Source of the DNA: a virus | DNA length: 64,000 nucleotides | IMG/VR virus record: IMGVR_UViG_3300003323_000307 | Coordinates: 7,669 to 71,668 of that record | Strand: one strand, 5' to 3' | Shown: piece after piece, positions 9,675 to 17,582 of the stretch | How the letters are laid out: each line of letters opens with the position of its first letter | Numbering within the stretch: the stretch's first letter is position 1 | The notes under the pieces: generated by a model | Database searches by the model: none | Seen by the model: the letters and a program-made list of their open reading frames with translations, nothing else | Told to the model about the DNA's origin: nothing | Position numbers and translations under genes: made by a program

Positions 9675-9998
9675 ATGGCCATTTATCTTATCGTAGCGGG
9701 TAGCACTCCATCCAGCTCTGGGTTGACCGAAACGGGTTCAGGGTTGGCTGTCGATTTCAATGTGGTAGCCAGACAAGGCTTCGTACAGAGTATCGGCAAT
9801 GGGTCGTCTACCAGCATCGTGGTAACACATAACTTAGGTACTCAGGATGTAATCATCCAGGTGTATCGTAGCACCAGCCCCTTTGATCGTGTAGACGTTG
9901 ATATAGCAGCTACTACTACCAACACGGCAACCCTGACGTTCGCAGCAGCACCGGCTACCAACGCTTACCGTGTTGTGATCATGCCAAGGAAGGTGTAA
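9675..9998 (+). CDS. small structural protein, paralog of the C-terminal domain of 6931-7929
   Basis: IGNGSSTSIVVTHNLGT...APATNAYRV versus IGNGSSTSIAVTHGLGT...APATNAYSV. Confidence 0.7.
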   Translation: MAIYLIVAGSTPSSSGLTETGSGLAVDFNVVARQGFVQSIGNGSSTSIVVTHNLGTQDVIIQVYRSTSPFDRVDVDIAATTTNTATLTFAAAPATNAYRVVIMPRKV

Positions 9999-10006
9999 AT
10001 AAAAAG

Positions 10007-11842
10007 ATGACTGAGCTACTTGCACCTCAATCCTCTGGGAACCGAGAGTTCAACGTTCTCTCTTATGGGGCTAAAGGGGACGGCACTACCAATGATTCAG
10101 CTGCCTTCAATGCCTGCTTTAGTGCAGCGGCCACATTCGCAGCCACCAACAAGGGCGCCAGAGTTGTCGTCCCCCCAAGGTCTTACAAGGTAAATGAGCG
10201 TATTACTATACGTGGCAATATTACCTACGACTTCACAGGGGCATACCTGTTCAACGGGGGCCTGTACACCACCCCCGACTGGACTATGTTCAACTACATA
10301 GCTGGTGCCTCATATGGTGGCGAGAGTAATGTAACTGTTCTAGGTGGCATCTTTGATGCCAAGGGCCAGAATGCTCCAGTGAATACAGGTGGCTCGGGCA
10401 CCAACCAGAAAACTGTGTTCTGGATTGGAGACGGGCGCAATTACCGGTTCGAGGGCTGCACCATCAGGAACGTAGCGGGTTGGCACGGGTTTGATGTCAA
10501 CGGCATCGATGGCCTTGTGATCAACAACTGCCGGTTTGAGGGGTTTACTGACAACAACTCACCCCCTAGCCGTAATATGTCTGAGGCTATTCAGATTCAG
10601 ACAAGCCCAACATCCAACCTGACAAAAAACGTTAAGGTTACTAACTGCTACATGGGTCCCTCCACAGACGGCTCTGGTCTGGGCAGTTTTGGAAAACTTG
10701 TCGGGTCTCATACGGACAGCAATGGGGTGTTTTACTCTCACATAGTTGTGAGTAATAATACTATAGAATCCCCCCTTGAAAATGGTATAGGGTTCTACTC
10801 CCTGACTGATAGTGTTATTTCCAATAACGTCATTACTTCAGCAGGCCAGGACGCAATTCGGTTGACTTCTGGGAACAACTCCACCACTAACCAGAACTCT
10901 AACGTTGTTATATCCAACAACGTTATTGATGGTGCTACCCTGTCGGGCATTAGTCTAGAAGCTGTGAAACGTAGTGTTGTTCAAGGTAATAATATTTACA
11001 ATACTGGCCAGGCTGGGATTAAACTTGCAGTTCCACCAGTGACTAACACTCAGCCCAGCCCAGATAATACTATTACCGGTAATACTATTATTGGAGCTAG
11101 TCAGACCACCAACGCAGCGTATGGTTGTATTGATTTGAGTGGTGCAGCAAATACCAAAAATGTAATATCTAATAATACTTTTCGAAAGTTTGGGGGCTCC
11201 AACGAGGCTAACGCCCCCATCTTTATCCGAGGGACTGGCGCCCACAGCAGTCGTATTAATTCTAATAACTTTGGTACTGACTGGAGTTCAGATTACCGTA
11301 GCAACATCGTAAACACCGGTGGAGCTATCTACACGGATAACGGTAAGTTTAGGTATACTGTCTTGGGGTCAGATGTCCAATTCAGTGGTACCACTACATT
11401 AGGGAATATCACAGGGCTATCGGTGGTCCTGGATAACAACGCGGTATACGAAATAGAGGTTCTTATAGCTGTGACCTGTACTCCCCTAGATACAACTAAC
11501 GCAAATACCCAGGTGCCTGGTTGTAAAATTGACTGGACTGTGCCCTCAGGGGCTACAGGGCAAAAGTTCTGTATTGGGGCAACTAACGTATCGGCGGACT
11601 ACACAAGTAGGGCTAGTACGCGAGCGAACATACCCTCTGGGGCACCCACTTTGCAGACTAACTATACAGTTCGCGGGTTTGCCAGCGAAGACCCCCAGCT
11701 GATTTTGGAGAGAGCTATGGTGACTACAGGTGGTACAGGGGGAACTGTACAGATTAGAGGGGCTCAGCTCAACTCTACAACTGTCTCCCCAACGATTATC
11801 AAGGCTGGTAGCTATATTAGATGGGCTAGGCTAGACGTATAA
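10007..11842 (+). CDS. tailspike / depolymerase with pectate-lyase-like right-handed beta-helix
   Basis: FNVLSYGAKGDGTTNDSAAF N-terminal motif followed by many ISNNVI/ITGNTI beta-helix repeats. Confidence 0.8.
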   Translation: MTELLAPQSSGNREFNVLSYGAKGDGTTNDSAAFNACFSAAATFAATNKGARVVVPPRSYKVNERITIRGNITYDFTGAYLFNGGLYTTPDWTMFNYIAGASYGGESNVTVLGGIFDAKGQNAPVNTGGSGTNQKTVFWIGDGRNYRFEGCTIRNVAGWHGFDVNGIDGLVINNCRFEGFTDNNSPPSRNMSEAIQIQTSPTSNLTKNVKVTNCYMGPSTDGSGLGSFGKLVGSHTDSNGVFYSHIVVSNNTIESPLENGIGFYSLTDSVISNNVITSAGQDAIRLTSGNNSTTNQNSNVVISNNVIDGATLSGISLEAVKRSVVQGNNIYNTGQAGIKLAVPPVTNTQPSPDNTITGNTIIGASQTTNAAYGCIDLSGAANTKNVISNNTFRKFGGSNEANAPIFIRGTGAHSSRINSNNFGTDWSSDYRSNIVNTGGAIYTDNGKFRYTVLGSDVQFSGTTTLGNITGLSVVLDNNAVYEIEVLIAVTCTPLDTTNANTQVPGCKIDWTVPSGATGQKFCIGATNVSADYTSRASTRANIPSGAPTLQTNYTVRGFASEDPQLILERAMVTTGGTGGTVQIRGAQLNSTTVSPTIIKAGSYIRWARLDV

Positions 11843-11851
11843 AACAAAAAG

Positions 11852-11880
11852 AAGCCCCCTCCAATTGGAGGGGGCTTTTA
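11852..11880. terminator. bidirectional terminator between convergent transcription units
   Basis: AAGCCCCCTCC-aatt-GGAGGGGGCTT flanked by A- and T-runs. Confidence 0.8.
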
Positions 11881-12396
11881 CTACTCTACTACTGGGACGT
11901 ACACCCGTGGGGTGTCGGAGTCAGTTGTCAAGGGTCCCTCAGGGACCCAGAAAAAGGCCCAAGCCTTTATGTCAATGATAGCATCCCCTGTTTGAGTATA
12001 GTTGACATCAACTTTCCATTTCTTAGGGATGGGGTTAGTTACTCCGCCGTAGGGGTCCCACTCAAAACTTGGATAATTCTTAACATAATTAACTTCTACA
12101 GTGTCATAGTAAGGCTCAAAGGGTGGGAAAATATATCCACCGGATATGACAATGGCATTAGGGTTGGGATGAACAACCTCTAGATTTTGGGTGAGAGTAA
12201 CTGGTTCTGGGTCAGCCCCAAGAAAAGCCTCATCATAATAACGAGCAACCCCGTACCCCAGCTTAGCGCCATCATTACCATCGATCCCCGGAGGCCCAAC
12301 AGGACCTACTGGACCTACCGGGCCAGGCTCACCCGGATTACCCGGGGCTCCCTGAGGTCCCTTGAAGTATTCGACTACGTAGTCAATGAAACCCAT
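11881..12396 (-). CDS. collagen-like repeat protein
   Basis: Start reassigned to MGFIDYVV; GPQGAPGNPGEPGPVGPVGPVGPPG repeats. Confidence 0.6.
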   Translation of the reverse strand: MGFIDYVVEYFKGPQGAPGNPGEPGPVGPVGPVGPPGIDGNDGAKLGYGVARYYDEAFLGADPEPVTLTQNLEVVHPNPNAIVISGGYIFPPFEPYYDTVEVNYVKNYPSFEWDPYGGVTNPIPKKWKVDVNYTQTGDAIIDIKAWAFFWVPEGPLTTDSDTPRVYVPVVE

Positions 12397-12398
12397 TA

Positions 12399-12728
12399 CT
12401 ACCACCAACCATTCGTTCGCCAAAACGCCAAGGCGTTTTCCCAGGTACCATACCTGGAAGTCATGTAATTGCTCCCCCACCTATGCTGTCCAGCCACATC
12501 CCCCAATGAGGGGCAGGCATGAACTGTCGGCAGACACTGGTACAAACCTACCGCGCCACTCGACTTATTTACAGCATAGGGGTTTCCGCTAGATTCCAAG
12601 CGGATGATTGTGTTTCTTGCAGCATTGTCCGTCCATACGGATTGCGGAGCTGCTTCCGCCGCCATGCTTGGGATCATTATTGTCGCTACTGCCATAAGGC
12701 CGACGCTTAGCATCTTGATCTTGCGCAT
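12399..12728 (-). CDS. secreted lytic transglycosylase (Rpf / aggregation-promoting-factor-like)
   Basis: Signal peptide ending AEA-A; RLESSGNPYAVN-SSGAVGLYQ; YMTSRYGTW..A.AFW..NGWW. Confidence 0.8.
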   Translation of the reverse strand: MRKIKMLSVGLMAVATIMIPSMAAEAAPQSVWTDNAARNTIIRLESSGNPYAVNKSSGAVGLYQCLPTVHACPSLGDVAGQHRWGSNYMTSRYGTWENALAFWRTNGWW

Positions 12729-12779
12729 TTAGTTAGAAATCCTTACCGTGGCTGATATCGGATCAGCTTCTGTTGGGGA

Positions 12780-12822
12780 GAAAAAGTAAACCCAGCCAGA
12801 GGGAAAGGGACTGGCTGGGGTT
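12780..12822 (-). terminator. intrinsic terminator upstream of the transglycosylase gene
   Basis: Minus strand: CCCAGCCAG-loop-CTGGCTGGG followed by TTTACTTTTT. Confidence 0.65.
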
Positions 12823-12925
12823 ACTGTAGTAGGTGGCCGCTATGCGTTACCATTAAGCCAACATTTGAATCTGGCTCCTACCCTTGAACTCGCCTGTGAG
12901 ATGACGAGTCAAGCTTTATTAAGTT

Positions 12926-13219
12926 CTAAGCAACATTAGAGGGGTATGTAGCCCCACGGAATTGCTTAGCAATGGAAACATTAGAAACTCCGGAGACAGC
13001 TTCCAATGTCGTAGCCAAATCGGCTAGACCAGTTTCCATAGCTGAAACAAAGTTATCTGTTAAAGTCCAGTCTATAATACCTGAGTCATCCACAGGCGTA
13101 AGATAGAAGGATAGAGAGCCACCATTAAGGGAGAATTGGCCCTTACCACCAGAAAAGGTAATAAACATATTATACTCTAGCTTCTTGTCGTTCGTAAAAC
13201 CGTCATCAGTCCAAGCCAT
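12926..13219 (-). CDS. hypothetical protein
   Basis: AGGAGA RBS; 97-aa ORF. Confidence 0.55.
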   Translation of the reverse strand: MAWTDDGFTNDKKLEYNMFITFSGGKGQFSLNGGSLSFYLTPVDDSGIIDWTLTDNFVSAMETGLADLATTLEAVSGVSNVSIAKQFRGATYPSNVA

Positions 13220-13883
13220 AATGTTCTCCTAACCAAATCTCTTTATGATGCGTCGTGTGGATAGCTGTATCCACAAATATCGGGATACCTACTTGACTTG
13301 CCCTATAACAGAACGAGAGGTCTTCCCCAAGTCTGTCAGAGTCCGCTGTCATCATGTAAGTAAACCAACACCCATACTTCTCATATACTGTTATCAAAGC
13401 ACTTCTGTGAATAATCAGACAACCAGCCCCTACCCCTGAAACCTCAGCTAGCCTATCGGTACCCAAATCTTCCAGGGTGCCACGCTTGAAGGCTCCGAAC
13501 TCATCGTTCACAAAGAAGCACAGGACCTGCTTTATTACACTACCCCCGCAACCATCACTTCCAGCATCTTGAAGTGAATAATTCACAGCGCTGACTATAG
13601 GGTGGGTGTCAGGGTCGGCGACCTCTAGCAGCTTGGAGAGAGTGTCCGGTTTGAAACCTACATCTGAGTCCACCAACCAGAGCCAGTCATAGTCAGTTTC
13701 ATTCAGAAAAGCTTCCGCCTGTACATTTCTCGCCCCATCCAAGTTGATGATACTTGGGTGAACTGGCAGGCGCCCTTTTAGGTTGTTACCGTGCTGAGCC
13801 TCATAAGCCATGACGTTCAGCAAAGAGTCCATAAAGTTGTGGGAGACTTTATTAGGGTGTAGGTAGCTGACCAATACGCTCAT
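13206..13883 (-). CDS. GT-A fold (GT2-like) glycosyltransferase
   Basis: WLVDSD (DxD), GAGCLIIHR and GEDLSFC motifs. Confidence 0.75.
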   Translation of the reverse strand: MSVLVSYLHPNKVSHNFMDSLLNVMAYEAQHGNNLKGRLPVHPSIINLDGARNVQAEAFLNETDYDWLWLVDSDVGFKPDTLSKLLEVADPDTHPIVSAVNYSLQDAGSDGCGGSVIKQVLCFFVNDEFGAFKRGTLEDLGTDRLAEVSGVGAGCLIIHRSALITVYEKYGCWFTYMMTADSDRLGEDLSFCYRASQVGIPIFVDTAIHTTHHKEIWLGEHYGLD

Positions 13884-14237
13884 GACTCAACTCACCCAGC
13901 TCGTTTGTGAAGTAGATGTCTCGAATACCAACCGAGTGTATCAATTTCATACAACGGCTGCAAGGCCGCGATAGTGCGGGTTCTCCTGCGTTGTTCACAC
14001 GGGCTACATAGATGCTACAACCCTTCAGTGAACTGGTAATAGACGCCTCCGGATTACCATCTCTTCAGCATGGTGGGTAGCTCCGTTGTGATCGATGAAC
14101 GGGTCACAACGGAACACATTCGTTTCTACTTCGAGGAGCCTAGAACCTCGGACAAGGCAGCAGCCGTGTTTCCAACGGTGATTGCTGCTTTGTGCAGCCC
14201 GGAGAGCAATACTGATAAAACGGTCTTGCCTGCCCAT
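13852..14237 (-). pseudogene. cytidine/dCMP-deaminase-like gene interrupted by a -1 frame change near 14045
   Basis: HAE motif lies in ORF 14025-14237. The PCSRC zinc motif (LKGCSIYVARV...SRPCSRC) lies in the -1 frame, which ends at 13852. Confidence 0.7.
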
Positions 14238-15025
14238 AGGAAGCCCTTAACAATTCGCTTGATGCCGTCTGTGACTTCTGCTGCTATATCTCGTACCCAG
14301 GCTAAGACTTTGTCAAACATATCCGGACCTTCTGATTCATCGTCAGGTAGTGGTTCTGTGAGCTTGGCGATCACAGCAGGATCGCTGTAGACATCCACGC
14401 ACGTTGTACAGTTGGTCTTGCAGGGAGATCCGTCTTCGAGAGGGAACCGGCACCAGAAGGCCAGCTCGAACAGCTCTCTGGGCATGTCTGCCAGGATCTC
14501 CGTCTTGGTCATCTCCTGCAACGGACGTTCGATGGTGATGTTCCTGCGACGGGCGCAGATGTACATCATCCGGGTCCGAGCCTTGATTACTTTGCCGTTG
14601 GGGTACTTGGTGGAAGTGTCACCGACAATGTTCCAGTATGCAAGGCGAGTGATCCAGGGCCTTGCCCGCAGGATTGTTCCGGCCATAGCCATAACAATCT
14701 CGGGGTCACGCATTCTCTGCATATGAGGGGCTGGGGGTAGAACCGCAGCAGAGTCAATGTACTCGTAGTTCGTCAGTCCTTGCTTGTCGAACCAGGAGAG
14801 AACTTTTTCAACTGCCTGCGACTCATAACGCATTCTATGACGGCTAGTGAGGTGGCAGTGGTGAATGAGGACTCGTTCACCAGCAAGGAGGAGTTTGTAA
14901 GTACCGTAAACGGAATCAATACCACCTGAAAGATTAGATAAAACAGTATGAGTCTGGTCAGCGTCATTGAATTCCCGGTTCTTGAGGAGGTATTTTCCTC
15001 CAAGCTCCCACTCATTGTGAGACAT
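14126..15025 (-). CDS. QueC-like PP-loop ATPase
   Basis: SGGIDS PP-loop; PL..MTK.EI; C-terminal Cys cluster WCRFP....PCKTNCTTC. Confidence 0.7.
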   Translation of the reverse strand: MSHNEWELGGKYLLKNREFNDADQTHTVLSNLSGGIDSVYGTYKLLLAGERVLIHHCHLTSRHRMRYESQAVEKVLSWFDKQGLTNYEYIDSAAVLPPAPHMQRMRDPEIVMAMAGTILRARPWITRLAYWNIVGDTSTKYPNGKVIKARTRMMYICARRRNITIERPLQEMTKTEILADMPRELFELAFWCRFPLEDGSPCKTNCTTCVDVYSDPAVIAKLTEPLPDDESEGPDMFDKVLAWVRDIAAEVTDGIKRIVKGFLWAGKTVLSVLLSGLHKAAITVGNTAAALSEVLGSSK

Positions 15026-15143
15026 AGCAACTCCCTGGCAGGTTAAAGGTCTGAGACCTCTATTGTACCAGGGAGAGCTTAAGTTACAGCAACCACAGAT
15101 CGCAGGTTAGTTGCGTCCAGTCCCCATGAACGGTGGTTGCCAG

Positions 15144-15223
15144 TGGACCTACCCAGATTCGAACTGGGGTCCTGCTGGATTCCGCATGCGGTCTTATCCA
15201 GCAGTCGAAACCAATCTAGGCCC
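15144..15223 (-). ncRNA. minimal tmRNA-like RNA (tRNA-like domain only)
   Basis: GGGCCUA GAUUGGUUUCGAC [UGCUGGAU...AUCCAGCA] GGAC CCCAG UUCGAAU CUGGG UAGGUCC A. It has G3-U70, A73, and a stemless D-loop ending UUCGAC as in ssrA 5' ends. Confidence 0.75.
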
Positions 15224-15364
15224 ATTTCACGCTCTCTAAAGGGTTTCTGCACTTCAACCGTATACATTTTCGGTGTGCAGACTTCCTTTAACACTTTACC
15301 GTTTCTCTTCAGGTGTAATGCCGATGTATAGCGGCGAACGGACGCGGCGTGATTGCGTAACCCG

Positions 15365-15438
15365 TGGACCTACGGGGATTCGAACCCCGAACCTACTGCG
15401 TGCAAAACAGTCACTCTTCCAGTTGGAGTTACAGGCCC
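15365..15438 (-). tRNA. tRNA-Ala(UGC)
   Basis: Complete 74-nt cloverleaf: acceptor GGGCCUG/UAGGUCC with G3-U70, D-arm ACUC/GAGU, anticodon loop UUUGCAC, T-arm CGGGG UUCGAAU CCCCG. CCA is not encoded. Confidence 0.92.
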
Positions 15439-15746
15439 TGGGACCGGTTTTTGATGAGCAGAACCCGTCTCCCGAAACTGCTTGGTAGGTTTGTATACCC
15501 CGCCTACCGTCAGGGCCAGATAACTCACCCTCTATCTGGCAAGGGGATCTTGTCCATACGTATTATTACCCTCGTCAGGTACCCGCATCTAGGACTGAGA
15601 TGGTCAAACCCTCGTGCACAGGGCTTGATCGGCAATGTGTCTGTGCATGGCGAAATTCAAGCACAGCCAGTGATTGTTCCGAGGTTCCGTCTATGGATTT
15701 AACAAGGTGCCCCTCGGGGGAACCTGCAACCCCCGAGGTGTCTACG

Positions 15747-15775
15747 ACCGTAGCACAGGAGGATGAGGGTGTCAA
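15747..15775 (-). promoter_or_regulatory. sigma70/HrdB-type promoter for the RNA gene cluster
   Basis: TTGACA-17 bp-TACGGT on the minus strand. Confidence 0.7.
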
Positions 15776-16302
15776 GAGGTTTCGGGGTATGACTTCCCAA
15801 AGTTGAGCATGATGATCCTGGACAAGTCCCCTGGGGTGAAGTACTGAGGGTTAGTGCCAGGTTCAAGATCAATACCCGCACGCTTGTAGGCTTCCCCCAC
15901 AAGCTGTGAGCAGATCATCTTCCCTGAGTTGACCACACGCTTGTTGACCCTGCGTGACATCCAGCCGCCTTCATAGAAGTGGTTCAGGCCGATGGCCAAG
16001 AAGTCCAGCCAACTGTAGGGAGTGTCTTCAAGACGTATGGCTTCTTCACAGATGGAGTCCCGCTGATCATCTGTGAGGTTGAAGCGAGAGTACATGACTT
16101 CGGTACCCTCATATTTGTCTAACTTACCTATGGTGGCCCCGTTGGGAAGGGACTCAATTATATAATCATCGTGAAGAACGATGAACGAGTGACTGTAGAT
16201 GGCCCAATCGCCAATGAGCCCCTGCATAACGCGTACGCAGCGGCCCATTAGTGTATTCGAATATGAGAGCCCGATGTCACCCGGCTTTGGTACATATCCC
16301 AT
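15772..16302 (-). CDS. permuted papain-like NlpC/P60 (YiiX/YaeF-like) amidase
   Basis: PGDI, YSHSFIV (His), PYSW, ICSQLV (Cys), TPGDL, in circularly permuted order. Confidence 0.75.
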   Translation of the reverse strand: MGYVPKPGDIGLSYSNTLMGRCVRVMQGLIGDWAIYSHSFIVLHDDYIIESLPNGATIGKLDKYEGTEVMYSRFNLTDDQRDSICEEAIRLEDTPYSWLDFLAIGLNHFYEGGWMSRRVNKRVVNSGKMICSQLVGEAYKRAGIDLEPGTNPQYFTPGDLSRIIMLNFGKSYPETS

Positions 16303-16367
16303 TACGGGCTCCTAGGATAGGTTTTACTAACCTACCTATTTTACCATCTGTGACGGACCGTTATTAC

Positions 16368-17102
16368 TTAGATGCCCCGAACAGAGCTTCCTTCCAACCG
16401 TTTAGAACCGCGAGACCAGCGTCCGCAAGAGCTGCAACGATATCGCTGATAAACTGAAACGCTAGTGTAAGCACGTCCCTGACGAACAAGATCAGTGCTT
16501 CCACAGGAAGGGCAACTAGCATCCACGCCATCATACAGACCCGGATTAGGGTGGGAAGGAGTCCACGCCCGCAGTGAGACATATAATTTCTCCGTAATTT
16601 TTACATCGTGTATATTGTAGGAGCGCATTTCGTTCCAGGCTTGGTTGCTTCCATTAAGGCACTTACGCCAAAGATCGAAACCTGTATGCTTAATTTTAGC
16701 ACCAAGATTGAGCCTCTGGACAACATAGTCCAGCTTGTTCGAGGGGAAGCGGAACTTACGCTTGACAACCTTCATCAGATCTACAGATACATACGGAGCT
16801 GGAGGAGGCATTCCAGCCTCTAGAAATTCCTTGTTCAACCACGGCAGGTCAAACCTGTCCCCGTTGTAGTGGACTACCACATCGGCTTCATTGAGCATGT
16901 CCCACGCAGCCTGGACCATGGCATCTTTACCGTTGTGATGTACGGAATAGTAGTGGACTTTCTTTTTGTCCATCCACTTCCCCGCAAAACACAGAACCTC
17001 ACCAGAGTCAACTATTTGATTGAGGCCGATGTTCTGGTCCCACAGCCCCCAGCAATACACCAGGTTCGGCCCGGTTTCGATATCCAAGGTCAGTACGCGC
17101 AT
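16368..17102 (-). CDS. DnaQ/RNase H-like 3'-5' exonuclease with C-terminal Zn ribbon
   Basis: Start MRVLTLDIETGP; HYNGDRFD; YNIHDV; CPSCG...CSSCG. Confidence 0.8.
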   Translation of the reverse strand: MRVLTLDIETGPNLVYCWGLWDQNIGLNQIVDSGEVLCFAGKWMDKKKVHYYSVHHNGKDAMVQAAWDMLNEADVVVHYNGDRFDLPWLNKEFLEAGMPPPAPYVSVDLMKVVKRKFRFPSNKLDYVVQRLNLGAKIKHTGFDLWRKCLNGSNQAWNEMRSYNIHDVKITEKLYVSLRAWTPSHPNPGLYDGVDASCPSCGSTDLVRQGRAYTSVSVYQRYRCSSCGRWSRGSKRLEGSSVRGI

Positions 17103-17103
17103 T

Positions 17104-17322
17104 TTACAACGCTTTCTTAAGGCACTCTTTAGAACACCAGTGCGTAGTTTCCGCGAACATGGCATCTCCAAATGTGCTGATGGAAACTCCGAATGGTTCC
17201 AGTACATACCACCCGGGGAGGTAAGCCTCCAAGCCCTTCTGTCTACAGTCTACACCATCACAATAGATAACATCTACCTCAAGAGGGCCTAGCTCGGTGT
17301 TAAGCCTTACGGGTTTCTTCAC
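17104..17322 (-). CDS. hypothetical Cys-containing protein
   Basis: Tightly packed ORF; CDGVDC...WCSKEC. Confidence 0.5.
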   Translation of the reverse strand: MKKPVRLNTELGPLEVDVIYCDGVDCRQKGLEAYLPGWYVLEPFGVSISTFGDAMFAETTHWCSKECLKKAL

Positions 17323-17582
17323 TCAGGCTCCTTAGTAGAGAACTGGGAATCCCATTCCTTGGCCTTCTTATGGCCACACATACAACCGCAATCCTTAGGG
17401 TGCTTTACTCGGCTCTTAGCCCCAAAATTAAATAACCACCTGTTATGGTCAGCAGCGTCTTTACATTCCTGGCAGATCACATCCACATCCCATACTTCTT
17501 GCTGCCACAGCGGCATTCCCAGAAAGGATTAAGAAATAGCCCATACATCCCAGCTCGCTTGTGCCAGTGGATGTGAGGAAAC

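Noticed and set aside
12730-12925. c-di-AMP (ydaO) riboswitch
   Set aside because: Conserved GCUGAAUCC, GGGGGAACC and CCCGUCARCUAACC segments were not found.
15300-15364. Theta/HDV-like ribozyme 3' of tRNA-Ala (GCG-UCCGUU-CGC resembles P3/L3)
   Set aside because: I could not build P1, P1.1 or P2 pairings by eye.
15144-15438. attP site or prophage boundary at tRNA 3' ends
   Set aside because: No integrase or repressor is recognisable in the window and phage genes flank both sides; the shared TAGGTCCAC is explained by alanine acceptor identity.
15450-15482. Hammerhead-like UGAUGA...GAAA on the + strand
   Set aside because: Lacks the C of CUGANGA, GAAA falls inside the stem-loop, and stems I and III are absent.
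16364-16582. 72-aa hydrophobic ORF resembling the QueC tail
   Set aside because: It lies almost wholly within the exonuclease gene in another frame; shadow ORF.
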